DNA of 64,000 nucleotides from Paecilomyces variotii (Eukaryota): NCBI GenBank assembly GCA_004022145.1, contig RCNU01000006.1; one strand, 5' to 3'. Shown piece by piece: positions 50,196 to 62,339 of this stretch (position 1 is its first letter; each line of letters starts with the position of its first letter). The notes under the pieces were generated by a model. It saw only the letters and a program-made list of their open reading frames with translations, ran no database searches and was not told where the DNA came from. The position numbers and the translations under genes were made by a program.

Positions 50196-50843
50196 CTACA
50201 CATTAGGGCACGTAACGAACTTATTGCGCCGTGCGCCCAGATGGGTAATGACGCCACAGTATACGAAATTATCCGGAAGACCATTTGCTGGATTCGTAGC
50301 AGTAATCTTGTAGATGATACGATCCGATCCCTGATCAACACCATCTGCGAAGAGAAGCCCACCCTGCCGGATAGGGAATTCCTGGTATGGTCCCGGGACA
50401 CCCGGGCAGTCAGGAAGAGTAACTTCGTTTTTTCTGTTCTCGAACTCGTGGGGGTATACTCTGTCTGTGCAACAAGACAAGGATGAGCTTTTAGTACCAT
50501 TTGGATGAATAATGGTAAAGGATGACAGGGGGACTTACCACCAACACTGCCCCTAGCAGTTAGTCCAGTTGCGCTGTAGCTTTGACTGGCATATTCGAAT
50601 GTTTGAGCTTGGAAAGATGCACTGTAGGGGTTTTCATCTGTTTATTGCGTAAGCGATCTTGTATCATGGATAGGGCGGTGCGAATTTCAAGAGTATCTGA
50701 CCTCCACAGATACGGTCAGCACTCTGCCGTTTTAAGACTTGGTCGATTCCAGTTATATTCCTGCCTTCGAGAGACACAGGACTGGCAAAGGCAGACGGAG
50801 CGCCAAGAGCGGCGAAGGCCAGCAGAACAGTTGAAAAAAGCAT
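50196..50843 (-). CDS. Secreted fungal ribonuclease, T1/U2/ribotoxin superfamily (3 exons)
   Basis: Signal peptide MLFSTVLLAFAALGAPSAFA, propeptide ending KR, active-site motifs YPH, EFP, DR, THLGA, C-terminal FVTC; two GT-AG introns keep frame. Confidence 0.85.
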
Positions 50844-53586
50844 CTTTGAGAGACGTGATCTGATGGATCTTCCTTGCTGGAGTGTATGTGCCGGCGAGTT
50901 TAGACCAGTAGCTCAACTGAACTGGCAATATGAAGATTGGTACCACTGGCTGCTGCGAAATCTGAGGTCCAAAAGTCGTTCTGGGCATCTATATATATGG
51001 TGAAGGTGTCTTAAAATACCCTCCGAACCGTGGGTATCCTGCTGACATCGAAAAGAGCGTTGAATCGCCCTTATTTTTTGGGGCGGTTTCTAACATCCGG
51101 AATCTCGACTTTTCCAATGAGCACATTCGAAGCGTCATTTGACACATTCCTTTGCAACGCTGCGGCGTAGAGCTATGAAACTAACAGCATTATGCGATGT
51201 GATAGCCCCCCTTTACTGGTGCAGTTACTCAGAATAGATTTTGCCCACCTGAATGAAATGGCGACCAGAGACGGGGCCATAAAATGAACTGATCGTCAGA
51301 GGAATAGGCCCCCACCTTCCCACTAATAGAAGGGTATAATAATGTCTCTACACAGATGAGATAGTAGATTCCTAATTAGGACGGGTTTCATATATCTTTG
51401 CATATGGCCCCAATAAGCAATTAGACTCCCACCATGCTAGCCCCTAGACCAGGTACTACTTTTATTTTCGGACCCAAGCAGCTGTCCACCACCACAACTA
51501 TGGGAGTTTCATTTACTCTATTTAAGCTTGGGAGAATGTTAGGTTTAGCGCCGCGGCTGCGGGATGCAACATTGGGTCCTATTGTTGATTATATTATTTA
51601 ATTATTATTAGAACAAGGAATTTATGTTCTAATATATCCTCGTTCTATTGCATAAGGTGTTCTAGAGGTCATAAAACTAGTCCTAAATAAGGGAATCATC
51701 CTAAGATTGGATTTATATAACGATATGTAGTCTATATCACAAGACCCAAAATAGTGGGCACAGGTTTGCAATCGTCTTTGGTCTTTTATCTTGGGACAAA
51801 TGCTGTATTACTGACCTAGTTAACTAATACTGTGGTCGATCACGTCGCATAACTATAGAAATCCCTAGGACTTACTATTTTCAAACCCCTGGGATATAAC
51901 TAAAATTGATTATTTTTTGATAAAATTCAATATATTGGTAATAGAATTAATATTGAATATAAATGTCTTTGTGGGTAAATGCTGTCGCGGGATCTTTATT
52001 CTCTCTGTTTTCTTTATTTTGCATGTTTAGTCGAAGCTATCAAGATAGAAAAGATAGAATTACTGGCTCGAACTTGACAGTGCCCGTCTCGATGCGCTCT
52101 CTGGGTTCTTAAATTGTATCCGGCGGGCGTCGTATGTTTGTAAAAACATGTGATATTGAATCGCGGATTGGTTCGACTCTGCGAGGACAAGATGAAGCTT
52201 GAAGGTATAAATATCAATGATTTTTGTAATAGGATTGTTCTGTGCTCATAAAGCCGTATAGTGAGCGTCTGGCTGGAGAAGTTTTGTTGGACTCTTGGAG
52301 TCACTACTTAAGTATACCACTTCCGGATGGCCTTCTTTCATCGGTCCAAGCAATAGTCCTTATGAATACGATATTCTCACAACCCAGTATCGGAAAGCCT
52401 CTGTCAAACCTTACTATAATGGGCTCCTTCCGCGCAATGCTGCTCTCTCCGGACAAAACTCTCAGGTGAATAGAGTAATAACGCCACAATCTGCAGGGAC
52501 AGAGTAGCCCTGACGGAGAAAAATCATGTTGCCATCCGCAAGCTCATCTGCTAGAACAGATGATTCAAAAATTCGAACATGGTTAAAAACACAAGTCATG
52601 CTGACCTAGCGACGGACTCTAATCATAGACAGATGGATAGTAATCGAATCTTAAAACTGTATGTCAAATACTATGCTGAAACAAATAAAGTATTTTGGAG
52701 AACGCTAGTCGTAACTAAAAGGGGGTTTGTGATTTATATCAATGTCGGAAAACACCAGTATCTAGTTGTACAGAATAGGCATACATATGAGGAATGCAAT
52801 GGAAGGTAGTAGCCAGACCCAAGAAATAATCTGCCTACCGATGGACTATCAGCCGTTTACCTTGTCCACGCATGAACGTCCTAAAATGCCTCATCGAAGC
52901 ATTCTCCTCAGATTTTTCCTCGCTGGCAGGGTTGCCTCATTGTGTTGTCGCCCGGAAGCGCGAAGGAGAGCTCCGAAAAGGTGGCAGTGCCCAAAAGATT
53001 GACTCATGTTGTCTAGCCGTTGCAACTAACATGATTGCTGATCTCCTACACAGCAACACCCGAGAGCTAGCACATTTCCCTAATTGGCTACTCATTTGGC
53101 GCTCACTTGAAAAGCTTTTTTTTGTCCCGCGCTGGGGTAGTATGTTGCGGGGCTTGGGGGAGCAAGAGCAAGCAACAGAACAAGGCTGTGAGTCTTCAAT
53201 AATAGTTCCAGAGTTTTCTTCCTCCCCATGAATATTTTCTCCCTGACTCTAGGCGGGGGACCTTGAGTGATTTTCCGGAGTAATAAGGGATTTCCCGCGT
53301 CGCGGCTGCGCCTACTGCTTTCAGTCGGTAACTATACATTGTATCTCACGGTTATATAGTCCTAGCTATCTCCAGCCTCTGTTAGTCAGACACAGATTAT
53401 TGCTCAAATATAGCTTCACCATTTAATTTGATTCTAACCTCAAGTGATTCGTGCTAAGCTCAATGGCATCGGCCAGTCTTGTTTCATGGAGTAACTGGAC
53501 AATTCGTCGTGGGATTTTTCTCTGGTTCAGGGGAGCTCTTTCCACACTTTTGTTACTTGTGGACGGTCAGAAGCCTGTGAACCTCC

Positions 53587-54900
53587 ATGATGTCTGTGGT
53601 ATATACGGCAAAAGAGTGCCTCGAGCACCCAACGGTGGATCAGCGCAACAGCCACCTACATGCTTTACCAAGACTATACTCACCGGTTTACTCGCCTGTT
53701 CGCATCCCATCAGACACTCAGAGTTCTACAACTCAGACTGGGAATTACAGTATCTCTCTGGAGAAGCCCTCAATCCATGGATCCCCAAGTGCCAACTTAG
53801 CCGTTCCCAAACTGGGCAGACTCGGCATCTGCGCGATGGATGAAAAGGTTCTCAGCAAGGCGAACCAAGAGATATTCCGCCGCTTACAAGGAAATGGAGA
53901 TCTCGAGATTGTATACTTTGGCGACCAGACTTTAGTTCAAAGGCCTGTGGATGAGTGGCCAACCTGCGACTTTCTGATCGCCTTTTATTCCGACAACTTT
54001 CCATTGGATAAGGCGATTTCATACGTTGAGTCTCGGTTGCCAATTTGTTACAACGACCTGCTCATGCAGAAACTTCTCTTGGACCGTCGTCTTTGCCACA
54101 GAATCCTGCAGTTCCTCGGTCTGCGAACTCCCAAGAGGCTGGAAGTTAACCGTGACGGCGGCGCCAGGGCATATGATTGGAAACTTTTCAAGCACGTCTA
54201 CGATGTTTTGGGATTAAGGCTTCCAGGGCCTTCAGGACATGATAATGGCGACCAGATCCCCTACCATTCTAATGTGTCTCTATCAGAAGACGGGAATACG
54301 CTCTTTGTTGATGGTCAAAAGCTGCACAAACCTTTTGTTGAGAAGCCTGCAAGTGCAGAAGACCACAACGTTTATATCTACTTCCCTAGCACTGCTCAAA
54401 GTGACGGAGGAGGGAGAAGGCTGTTCCGAAAGGTTGGCAACAAATGCTCAGAGTATGACCCTTCCTTGGTCACGCCTCGATGCATCATGGAGCAGGACAA
54501 TAGCTATGTATACGAGCCACTTTTGAATGCCGACGGCGGTGAAGACGTCAAGGCCTACGCAGTGGGCCGTACCTATTGCCTTGCTGTCACGCGTAAATCT
54601 CCCGTTCTTTCTGATGTTGTTGTGCGAGAAGCCGATGGCAGAGAAAAAAGACAAGCTACGACTCTCTCCAGGGAGGAAACAGAAGCTGCGACTAAAATTG
54701 CGCTCACATTTGGTCAGGCAGTCTGCGGATTCGATATCGTCAGGAACAAAGGAAAGAGCTATGTCATCGATGTCAATGGCTGGACGTCGGTCAAGAATCA
54801 GCCTGCTTTCTATGATCGTTGTGCCTGTATTCTTCGACAGATGCTTACCTCTCGGTTAGAGAGTAGCAACAGAAATGCAGCGTCGACGAATGGAGATTAG
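53587..54900 (+). CDS. Vip1/Asp1/PPIP5K-family inositol pyrophosphate kinase, ATP-grasp kinase domain only, intronless
   Basis: LGICAMDEK, EWPTCDFLIAFYS..FPLDKAI, KPFVEKP..EDHNVYIYFP, GGRRLFRKVGN, DVKAY, RKSP, FGQAVCGFD, SYVIDVNGW; stop codon shortly after the kinase domain. Confidence 0.9.
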   Translation: MMSVVYTAKECLEHPTVDQRNSHLHALPRLYSPVYSPVRIPSDTQSSTTQTGNYSISLEKPSIHGSPSANLAVPKLGRLGICAMDEKVLSKANQEIFRRLQGNGDLEIVYFGDQTLVQRPVDEWPTCDFLIAFYSDNFPLDKAISYVESRLPICYNDLLMQKLLLDRRLCHRILQFLGLRTPKRLEVNRDGGARAYDWKLFKHVYDVLGLRLPGPSGHDNGDQIPYHSNVSLSEDGNTLFVDGQKLHKPFVEKPASAEDHNVYIYFPSTAQSDGGGRRLFRKVGNKCSEYDPSLVTPRCIMEQDNSYVYEPLLNADGGEDVKAYAVGRTYCLAVTRKSPVLSDVVVREADGREKRQATTLSREETEAATKIALTFGQAVCGFDIVRNKGKSYVIDVNGWTSVKNQPAFYDRCACILRQMLTSRLESSNRNAASTNGD

Positions 54901-55243
54901 GTCTTGCTCGGGTCCAGGATATGATTTTCATCTATCTTATAATATGGAAATAACCACCTTTGGTTACATCCAGGAGTGTTCATGTATGCCTTATTCCTGG
55001 CTCCCCTTAGCCCTAGTCCTGACCAATTGACTGTTCTATGTATAGGTAATACCCATGTCTACGTTCCAGATAGTAGGCAGTCATGAAAATCCTTTCTCAT
55101 TGAATCATTCTATAGCAATCCCCATCTATACATACATAACACGTAAGCATCTCGATCTATATAACATCAGATAACATATAGCATAGCTTGCTTCCAGAAG
55201 AAGCTGTATTACTCTCACTGAGTAACTGGAGATAAACCTTCGT

Positions 55244-56941
55244 TCATTCCTCCTCCGAATCGAGCGTGGTCTTCGGAACATACGGTAATTTGACTGACCA
55301 AATGGCCCACGCGACAATGACGAAGAGAATTGTCCCGACCATCCAGGCCAATCCGACCCAGAAGCCGCCCAATTTGAGACCCCATTGGAAGAAAGCGGTA
55401 ATGATAGGGCTGGCGAGGATCATACCGAGAGCCTGGATGATCTCGATGATGGTGTATAGCCTTGCGGTCTGGTCGCGTTGGATCATGGTTGTGATTATCG
55501 ACCGTGTTGCATATACGAAACCTTGCCCGAGAGTCTGGATGACCAGGCAGGTGATCATCAGCGGCGCTGTCGGGGAGAGACCGATACCAAGGGTCCCGAC
55601 AAGAAGACACACGATGCTGCTCTTGGTGAGGATCAAGTCCTTCTGTCGGCTGTCCACGCCACGGTACTTCATCAGATACCAGGAAACGGCAGGCAATCCC
55701 GCCACGAAGAGGACTACGGTCAGGATAGATTTCAAGGACGTCAGCAGGTTGGCCCGCGCGATAGTCCAGCCGTACCGGAGCGAAACGTACTGGACGAGGA
55801 ACCAGGACGTTCCGCGACTGAGCTTGTAAACCAGGAAAGCAGACAAAAGCAAGAGAACCTGCTTATCTGCAGTTATGAAGCTATAGGGAGCAACTATCGA
55901 CTTGACCCGAGCCCAGGATCTGCGCAGCAACGTGTTCCTTCCAAAGAGTCGGCCATAGTTTCGGGGAGCTTCGACCTCGACCTCGTCCTCGTCCTCTTGT
56001 CTGTTGAAATCGGACATCTCGTTGGCCGAAGTAGGGAACGCGTTCTTTGTCTCCGGGAGAGAAAGCGCAGCGAAGATGCCGCCCAGCATAATTCCCCAAC
56101 CGAGGAGCATCGGAATCCACGGATTCAACTGCATGAGCCAGGAACTGATCATGCTGGAAATGAACTCGGAACCCATGACGGCGACTCCGAATTGGAAGAA
56201 CATGGTGGCTCTGCTGGATATTAGCCTACTGAAAGATTATAATCGTGTTTCTGTGAAACTGCATACCTCTGAGCGTCTGTGGTCACGTCCGCCATCATGG
56301 TCCAAACCAGTGCCGCTGCGACGACCAGGCCACCGCCCAGCAACCACGCCAGGGAAGAGAACCAGACCGCGCGCAATGGGAACACGTTCGAAAACCACAA
56401 CACGACCAGGGTGGAGACCATGTTCAGTATGAATCCGGGGATGCTGAGCAAGATGGTAGGCTTCCGGCCCATCCGGTCCGCCAGAAGTCCGTACGGGATA
56501 GCGAGAAAGATACCTATGCGCATATGCTCAGTCTACTGGCCCGATGTAAGTCAATTGTATCGGTCACATACTGGTCAAGCCATCAAAGAGCTCTCCGTAT
56601 CCTTTCACGATGGCCACTTCACTCTGGATCTCCGAATTCTTGCACAGCTCCTCGGGGATCTGGCCGCCGTTCCCGATCTTACTCGGATCATGCGCCTGGT
56701 AATAATCCCGACAGGCAATGGCCTCATAAATTCGAGTCGTCGGACCGCTGACCATGGCATTTCCCGTTTCCACGGTGAGAATCATGGCGAAGAGCGTAAT
56801 GATCAGACGCCAGCGCAATTTCTCGCGCGCGGCGTTGGCGGCACGGTCATTATAACGAGGCGGCGCAGAGCTCCCTTGCTCTCCTGGGAGGAAGGGCGCA
56901 TCCTCCTGATCGCGGAGGTCGTCGTTGTGCGCAGCCTGCAT
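55244..56941 (-). CDS. MFS transporter (3 exons)
   Basis: Motif A YGLLADRMGRK, many hydrophobic helices, luminal C..YY...C loop; introns ~56513-56568 and ~56213-56266. Confidence 0.85.
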
Positions 56942-58101
56942 ATTTTCGCGTGCTCGTTCACGTTCCCTGTTGCTCCCGGACCAGACGACTCAATTACTTC
57001 CGAGTGGACCGAAGACAATTCAGTCCATGTCTCTCGTGCGGGTAGTGACGGAAATCCGAGGACAAGAGGCCTGAGGGAATGTTCACTCCGTCCGTTTCTT
57101 CCGCAGCTCCAGAAGGATAATAATGAAAAGGTATGAAGTCAAAAGAGACAGACGTGAAACCGAGAGAGCCGGTAGTTCAGCTGAGCTCAGCAGTTCCTGT
57201 TGCTGCGGGGAGACCAATAATGAGGCAGCATCATCGAAGCTGTTCCCACGACGATCCGTCTGCGGTGCCGTCGATTCCGCAGTTTTCGGTTCCACCAGCG
57301 CATTCTCGTCTGGATGATGCATGAAGCAAAGAGTATCCGTGCAAGGTGAGAATAGCTTTCGAGAGGTTAGTATTTGACCGTCTTCAAAGTAGACATAACG
57401 CGGCCTTCTGCAGAATCTGGCAAGATGAAGAGACTCTAGAACGAACGACGAGTCTGTAGAAACAGCCCCTCGGCAGCCCTGTGCGATACGTAGACTCGAC
57501 TTCGTGCGGGGTATAAACGCTTGTCATCTTCTGAAATGGGAACTAAAAGAATCCATGGCTATCTTGCTTCAATCCCTGTCGATGGGTTTAACGCTTAAGA
57601 AGAAGCCTTGACAGCAAGCGAGTTTCTTCAAGCTTTCTGGTGCCTCGCCCCTACTTAAGTAGGGACGGCACGCGCCTGGACCATGACGATCTCAAACCCA
57701 GTACTGGAGTAGGATTACAGATGGTCTGTTATTTTATTTTAACATCTCATGGTGGTCCAATCATATTTGACCGCTCGTACAGGAATACATAGACAAAGAA
57801 CGATAATCTGGTCTAATTGACACTTGGCTCCCAATCGCTACGGTACTGTTTACTTTTCACCATGCATTGTGTTTCAAAATGGCTCCCTCTTCAGCTATCA
57901 AGTAGTATGTTCCGAACTGTACCTAACTACAAGGAAGAAGCACGATCTAGATAAGCGGGACGTGGGTATAATGGAACCAAACTCGAAAACGATGCAGAAG
58001 GGGGAGATGGGGAAAGCTAGAGACGGAAAAGACTGTTTATACAGGGTCCGAGACATAATAATAATGACACATATCGTACTATCATCACCTACTCAGCAGA
58101 C

Positions 58102-60958
58102 TCATCGCGTGTATCCGGCTTCTTGGAACAGGCTGCCACGCACTTGCACCAGCGCCGCCAGCTCCAGGATAAACTCATAAAGAATGACCGTGTTGGTCAG
58201 CACATGGCCCAGAGTGACCGTCTCCCCAGCGTCCTGGGCTTTAGACTGCTCTTCCGCAGGTGCTTCGCCGTCGATGCTGGCAGCCTCCGGTTTAACAGGC
58301 TGGGGTTCGGAACCTGGTATCGGTTTGTCGACCTGGAATGGCATAGCAAGACGGCGGCGCAGATCCTCCGCGACGACTGACCGTGAAGCAGACACCCCAC
58401 GGGACGGGGGCGTACGGACTGACTGTTCCCGCAACGGGGAGCCTCCAGCTGCAAACCGGGATGGCGATGCCTCGGAAAGGTCAAACGGTCTGGGGTTTCG
58501 CCCCCTTGGCGAAGCAGACTCTACCTCGAAACGTGCTACGCGCTGCAGCGGCCGTCCATTGGGAGTGCCAATTGGAGGCTCAGACGGTTGTCGAGATCGA
58601 ATAGGCATTGGCTGTGGCTTTTCGTCCTGGTGCAGCAGATCACGGCGCGCCGCAACGAGGACATCAAAGTCTGGGATGTCGCGTCGCCAATCCTCGACAT
58701 GCTTCACTAGACTCTGAAGCCTCCCCGTCACCAAGGGAACATTCTTCTCCGACCATGTCGGTTCCTTGTACGCGAACTTGATCATGGAAAACGGATCTGT
58801 CTCGTTTGGTTGCGATTGCGGCTCCGTGCCCGGCTCTGGAGATTGCACACTGGAATCCGATGCCGCCTCCGGTCCATACTCATAGTTGGATGGCTTCACG
58901 AGAAGCCAGCCGTCAAGTGAGACGAGATTGGACGAGGCAAGGCTTGTGATCACTTCGGTCAGGGCCAGGTTCACGACAACACTGTTGGTGAAAAAGGAGT
59001 CCAGAAGCCGCAGGATCTCCTTCAAGATCGGGTCATCGTCCTGGACATCCAAGGGTCGATCGGCTGGTCCATCTGGGAAGTTGCCCACCGACGGGGTCAG
59101 GAGGAAGAGACGTGACTCGAGAATGAACGTTGCGTCCTTCAGGTAGTTCTCGTAAGACTCGTCCAGAGTCGGATCATCAACCATAGTGGTGGCCATGGAC
59201 AGGAATTGCTGCAATTCCGCGTTCAGTGCACCGACTGTCCGTTGCGTCTCCTGGTAGCTGGGAGGACTCGTCTGGATCAGAGAGCCAGCAAAGGAGTGAT
59301 GCCTCTGCAAGATCACCGCCAGCAGTCGCAGGGTAGCAATCACAGTTTGTCGATTATGAGACTTGATGCTCATGAGGACCAGATCAACGAGATTGAACAG
59401 CGACGGGGAGGGCTTGGCGGCTTCTTCGGCGAAAGCAGCCAATATATCCAATGACTTTCTACGACTGAGCGACATGCGGACAGGTTGGGTTGGCATACGG
59501 GTTGTCTCCGTTATAGGTTCGGGTTCGGATGACGATGCGAGCAAGTAATGAAGAATTCGATGGATCAGATAAGGCTGGTCTATCGATTCCAGAATTCGGT
59601 ACAAATATGTAAGGACGGCGGGTGTGGAGCCGCCGTCCACATCGGATGATTCGAGCAATGATGGGTAACTGGGAGCAAGTTAGAAAAAGAAAAGGGTTCA
59701 GAGTGCACCTAGGAGTGTATCCTTACAGAAGCTGCTGTAAGAAAAGGATCTGGAAATGGTCCAGCAATGTGTCGTTTACTTCTGCGGATTTACAGTGATC
59801 GACGGTATCCTGCCAGAACAGAAGGTACGAGAGGAACGAATCCATATGAGCGCCGAGCTGTGGCTGTACCGCAGTCTCCTGGCGCGCATGGTCAGAAAAC
59901 GCGATTATTGGGGGTACATCTTCGTCCGTCACGGAAAAGGAGAGAGTTCTGCAAAAGTTAGCACAGGCTGGCCCACGACCTCATAGTCAGCCTGCTACTC
60001 ACCGGCCCAGTTGACTGTAGAGCGCTCCTAATCCAGTGGCCATCAGCGTGGCCAAGTCACTCTCGATCAACCACCGTTCCAAAGGCCGCGAGTTGGACGC
60101 TGTTTCGATGATATACAGCAAGCCCGTGCGCGCAAAATCACCTGCTCGACCTTCATGGTGTACATACTCAATCAACAGATAAAAGAGCGGGAAGTCGTCC
60201 TTTCTCGTTTCTCCAGCAAATTCCTTCCCTGAGTGTGTCTGGTCTCCGTCGTCGGAATCTGACCGCTGTTTCGGGACGAACCAGGCGGATAGGATATGAG
60301 GCTGCAGACGAATATTGTTGGCCACTCCGAACAACAGCTCTATCAACCTGCCTTCGATCTCCTCGCCAGCAGCTACACCTCTGCGGACGAGATCCAGGAG
60401 CGCTCGAGCGAAAAGCCGGCTGTCGACAATGCCATCGACCTCCGCATCGATCAAGGTGTTAAAGAAGATGGCGGCACTTCGTAGAGTGTCTTCATCGTAG
60501 GATGACAGGGCCAGCTTCGTCACCGTCACATAGATCTGGGATGTCGAAGCATACGCCAGGCAGGGATGGGGAGCTGGTCCTCGAGACTCGTCACTGAGCA
60601 CTGTATTCAGACGATCGAGGCAATTGCGCGCGTGAGCCGTCGCACCCAGCTCGCTGGAGGGAGAATTGCTAGTCCGCCATATTTGCTGGCTCGTCCATCA
60701 GCTCAATTGAAAGAACTTCTCCTCGTGGAATCATCACATCTTCCGGACTCACCTGCAGTGTATTGCATGTCCGTTTAAAGGCTGCCAGTCGCTCCGCAGG
60801 CGTATTTGTTCGCAGCGTCTTGGACGACAGCGAGCGGGAACCGCCAATGAGACGAGACCACTACCGGACCGTCAGCTGTGATGCCGCAGCAAGAAGGAGA
60901 TGCGAAACAGAACAGAGATCGATGGAGGATCAGACGACGAGATACTTACAAAGTCCAT
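58102..60958 (-). CDS. fhipA: FTS/Hook-interacting protein (FAM160/RAI16-like), multi-exon with a 9-nt first coding exon
   Basis: ATGGACTTT|GTAAGT micro-exon joins to give MDFWSRLIGG; HHEGRAGDFARTGLL, LGALYSQL, LTNTVILYEFILELAALVQVR. Confidence 0.85.
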
Positions 60959-61533
60959 GATTCCCCAAGGGCAGCATGTTCTATTGAAAGCGGGGAGGCC
61001 AGTCTACGGTCAAGCATCCGGGCGGTCGATCAAGGAGACGCGCTCTGGGGCGTGTCGGCGACCGTTAGTCTATCTAGTGTCGGAGCCCCTGGAACCGCCA
61101 AGCGTCCCGTCGTCGGAGGTTTTGTGAAGCTTCTCAATAACTACTACTACTATCTAATGAGTTACAGGATTTTACAAGAAAAGAAAAAAAAGCCAAGTAC
61201 AGTACAGTGCAACGGTCACGTCCGTTGCCTCCACGAGATTATTTCTTGATATTGCTGGATCCCATACCGGCGAAGGGAACCCTCGCCGCTGATTACCCCA
61301 ACCGGAAGAAGTCCTGAATCCCCAGGGGAGAAAGAAAATACTAAAAATCTCAAGTGCTGACCAGCTAGTTAGTTATCCACATGCAAACAATAATGTAAAA
61401 CCCAGGCCATGTCTGCCACCGGAACGCCAGAACCACCAGTGCGCCTGCACACCATCCCAGTCTAAGGGTCCATACACATCCGTTAATTCATTCGCCATGA
61501 CTATGCAGACAGAGAGAAGTAACGCCACTGCAC

Positions 61534-62339
61534 TTAGTCGCTTTCTTCCTTCTTCTGCCGTCCGCCTCCTCTCTTCCGCTTGCCTTCGTTCTGATCACTG
61601 CCGTCATCATCGTGCTTCCGGGAGTGCTGGTCGGGCACCTTGGCAATGATATCGGCCAGGAAATCGAGGACCTCGTCCTTGGCCACGGCCTGCTTGAGAT
61701 GCGCCGCAGTGACCCGTTTGGAGTTGCGATCCTTGGCTTCCTGTGCGGCCTTGGTGACGAGGGAGATCATGAACAGCTCGAGGGCTTTGGCTGTGAGCGA
61801 GAAAAAGAAAAATACGTTAGTTTTTGTGATTCTGTGCGTGGGGGAGAATCACCCGGCGATTACTTACACACTGCGATGGGGGTGACCTGAGCGACTTTGC
61901 CGACGTCTTCGTCCGCCTGCATGATCCGCTTGATGCGTGCGACGGGGAACTTGGTCTTGACTTCCACCCCAGACCAGGGGCGCGGTTTGGAGGCATCGTC
62001 CAGGTGGGCAGGCTCTGGTTTGGTTTCAAACGTCAAGGGTTCCGGTTGCCAGGCGACGGTCTCAGAGACGCGTGCGACGCGGGCGGAACGACGAGCCATC
62101 TCTTCTTGGTCGATGGACGGAGGGATGTACTGCTGCGGGACCCGACCTGGTGGCGCGACGGGATGCTGATACTGGGGCGTGAAGAAGGGCGAGGCGTCGT
62201 AGGAAGCGCGATGGGCAATCGGGCTGGTGAGCGGGAAGGGCGGCGGGTGGTAGGGAGAGGTGACCGCGGGGGGGTAGGCGGGCTCCAAGGAGGAGAAGTC
62301 TGGTGAACGGGGTCTGTACGAGGTATCCTGGTCTGTCAT
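61534..62339 (-). CDS. BUR6: NC2-alpha (Bur6/DRAP1; NctA-type) histone-fold negative cofactor 2 subunit
   Basis: [45 protein letters not shown]...LDFLADI; one intron ~61791-61867; start codon uncertain (62339 or 62426). Confidence 0.88.

Noticed and set aside
52014..53231. Short ORFs upstream of the Vip1-like gene as possible extra exons or a pseudogene
   Set aside because: No phosphatase (RHxxR) or other recognisable motif and no convincing splice path
55266..57136. Several long plus-strand ORFs opposite the MFS gene
   Set aside because: Antisense shadows in GC-rich coding sequence; no recognisable domains
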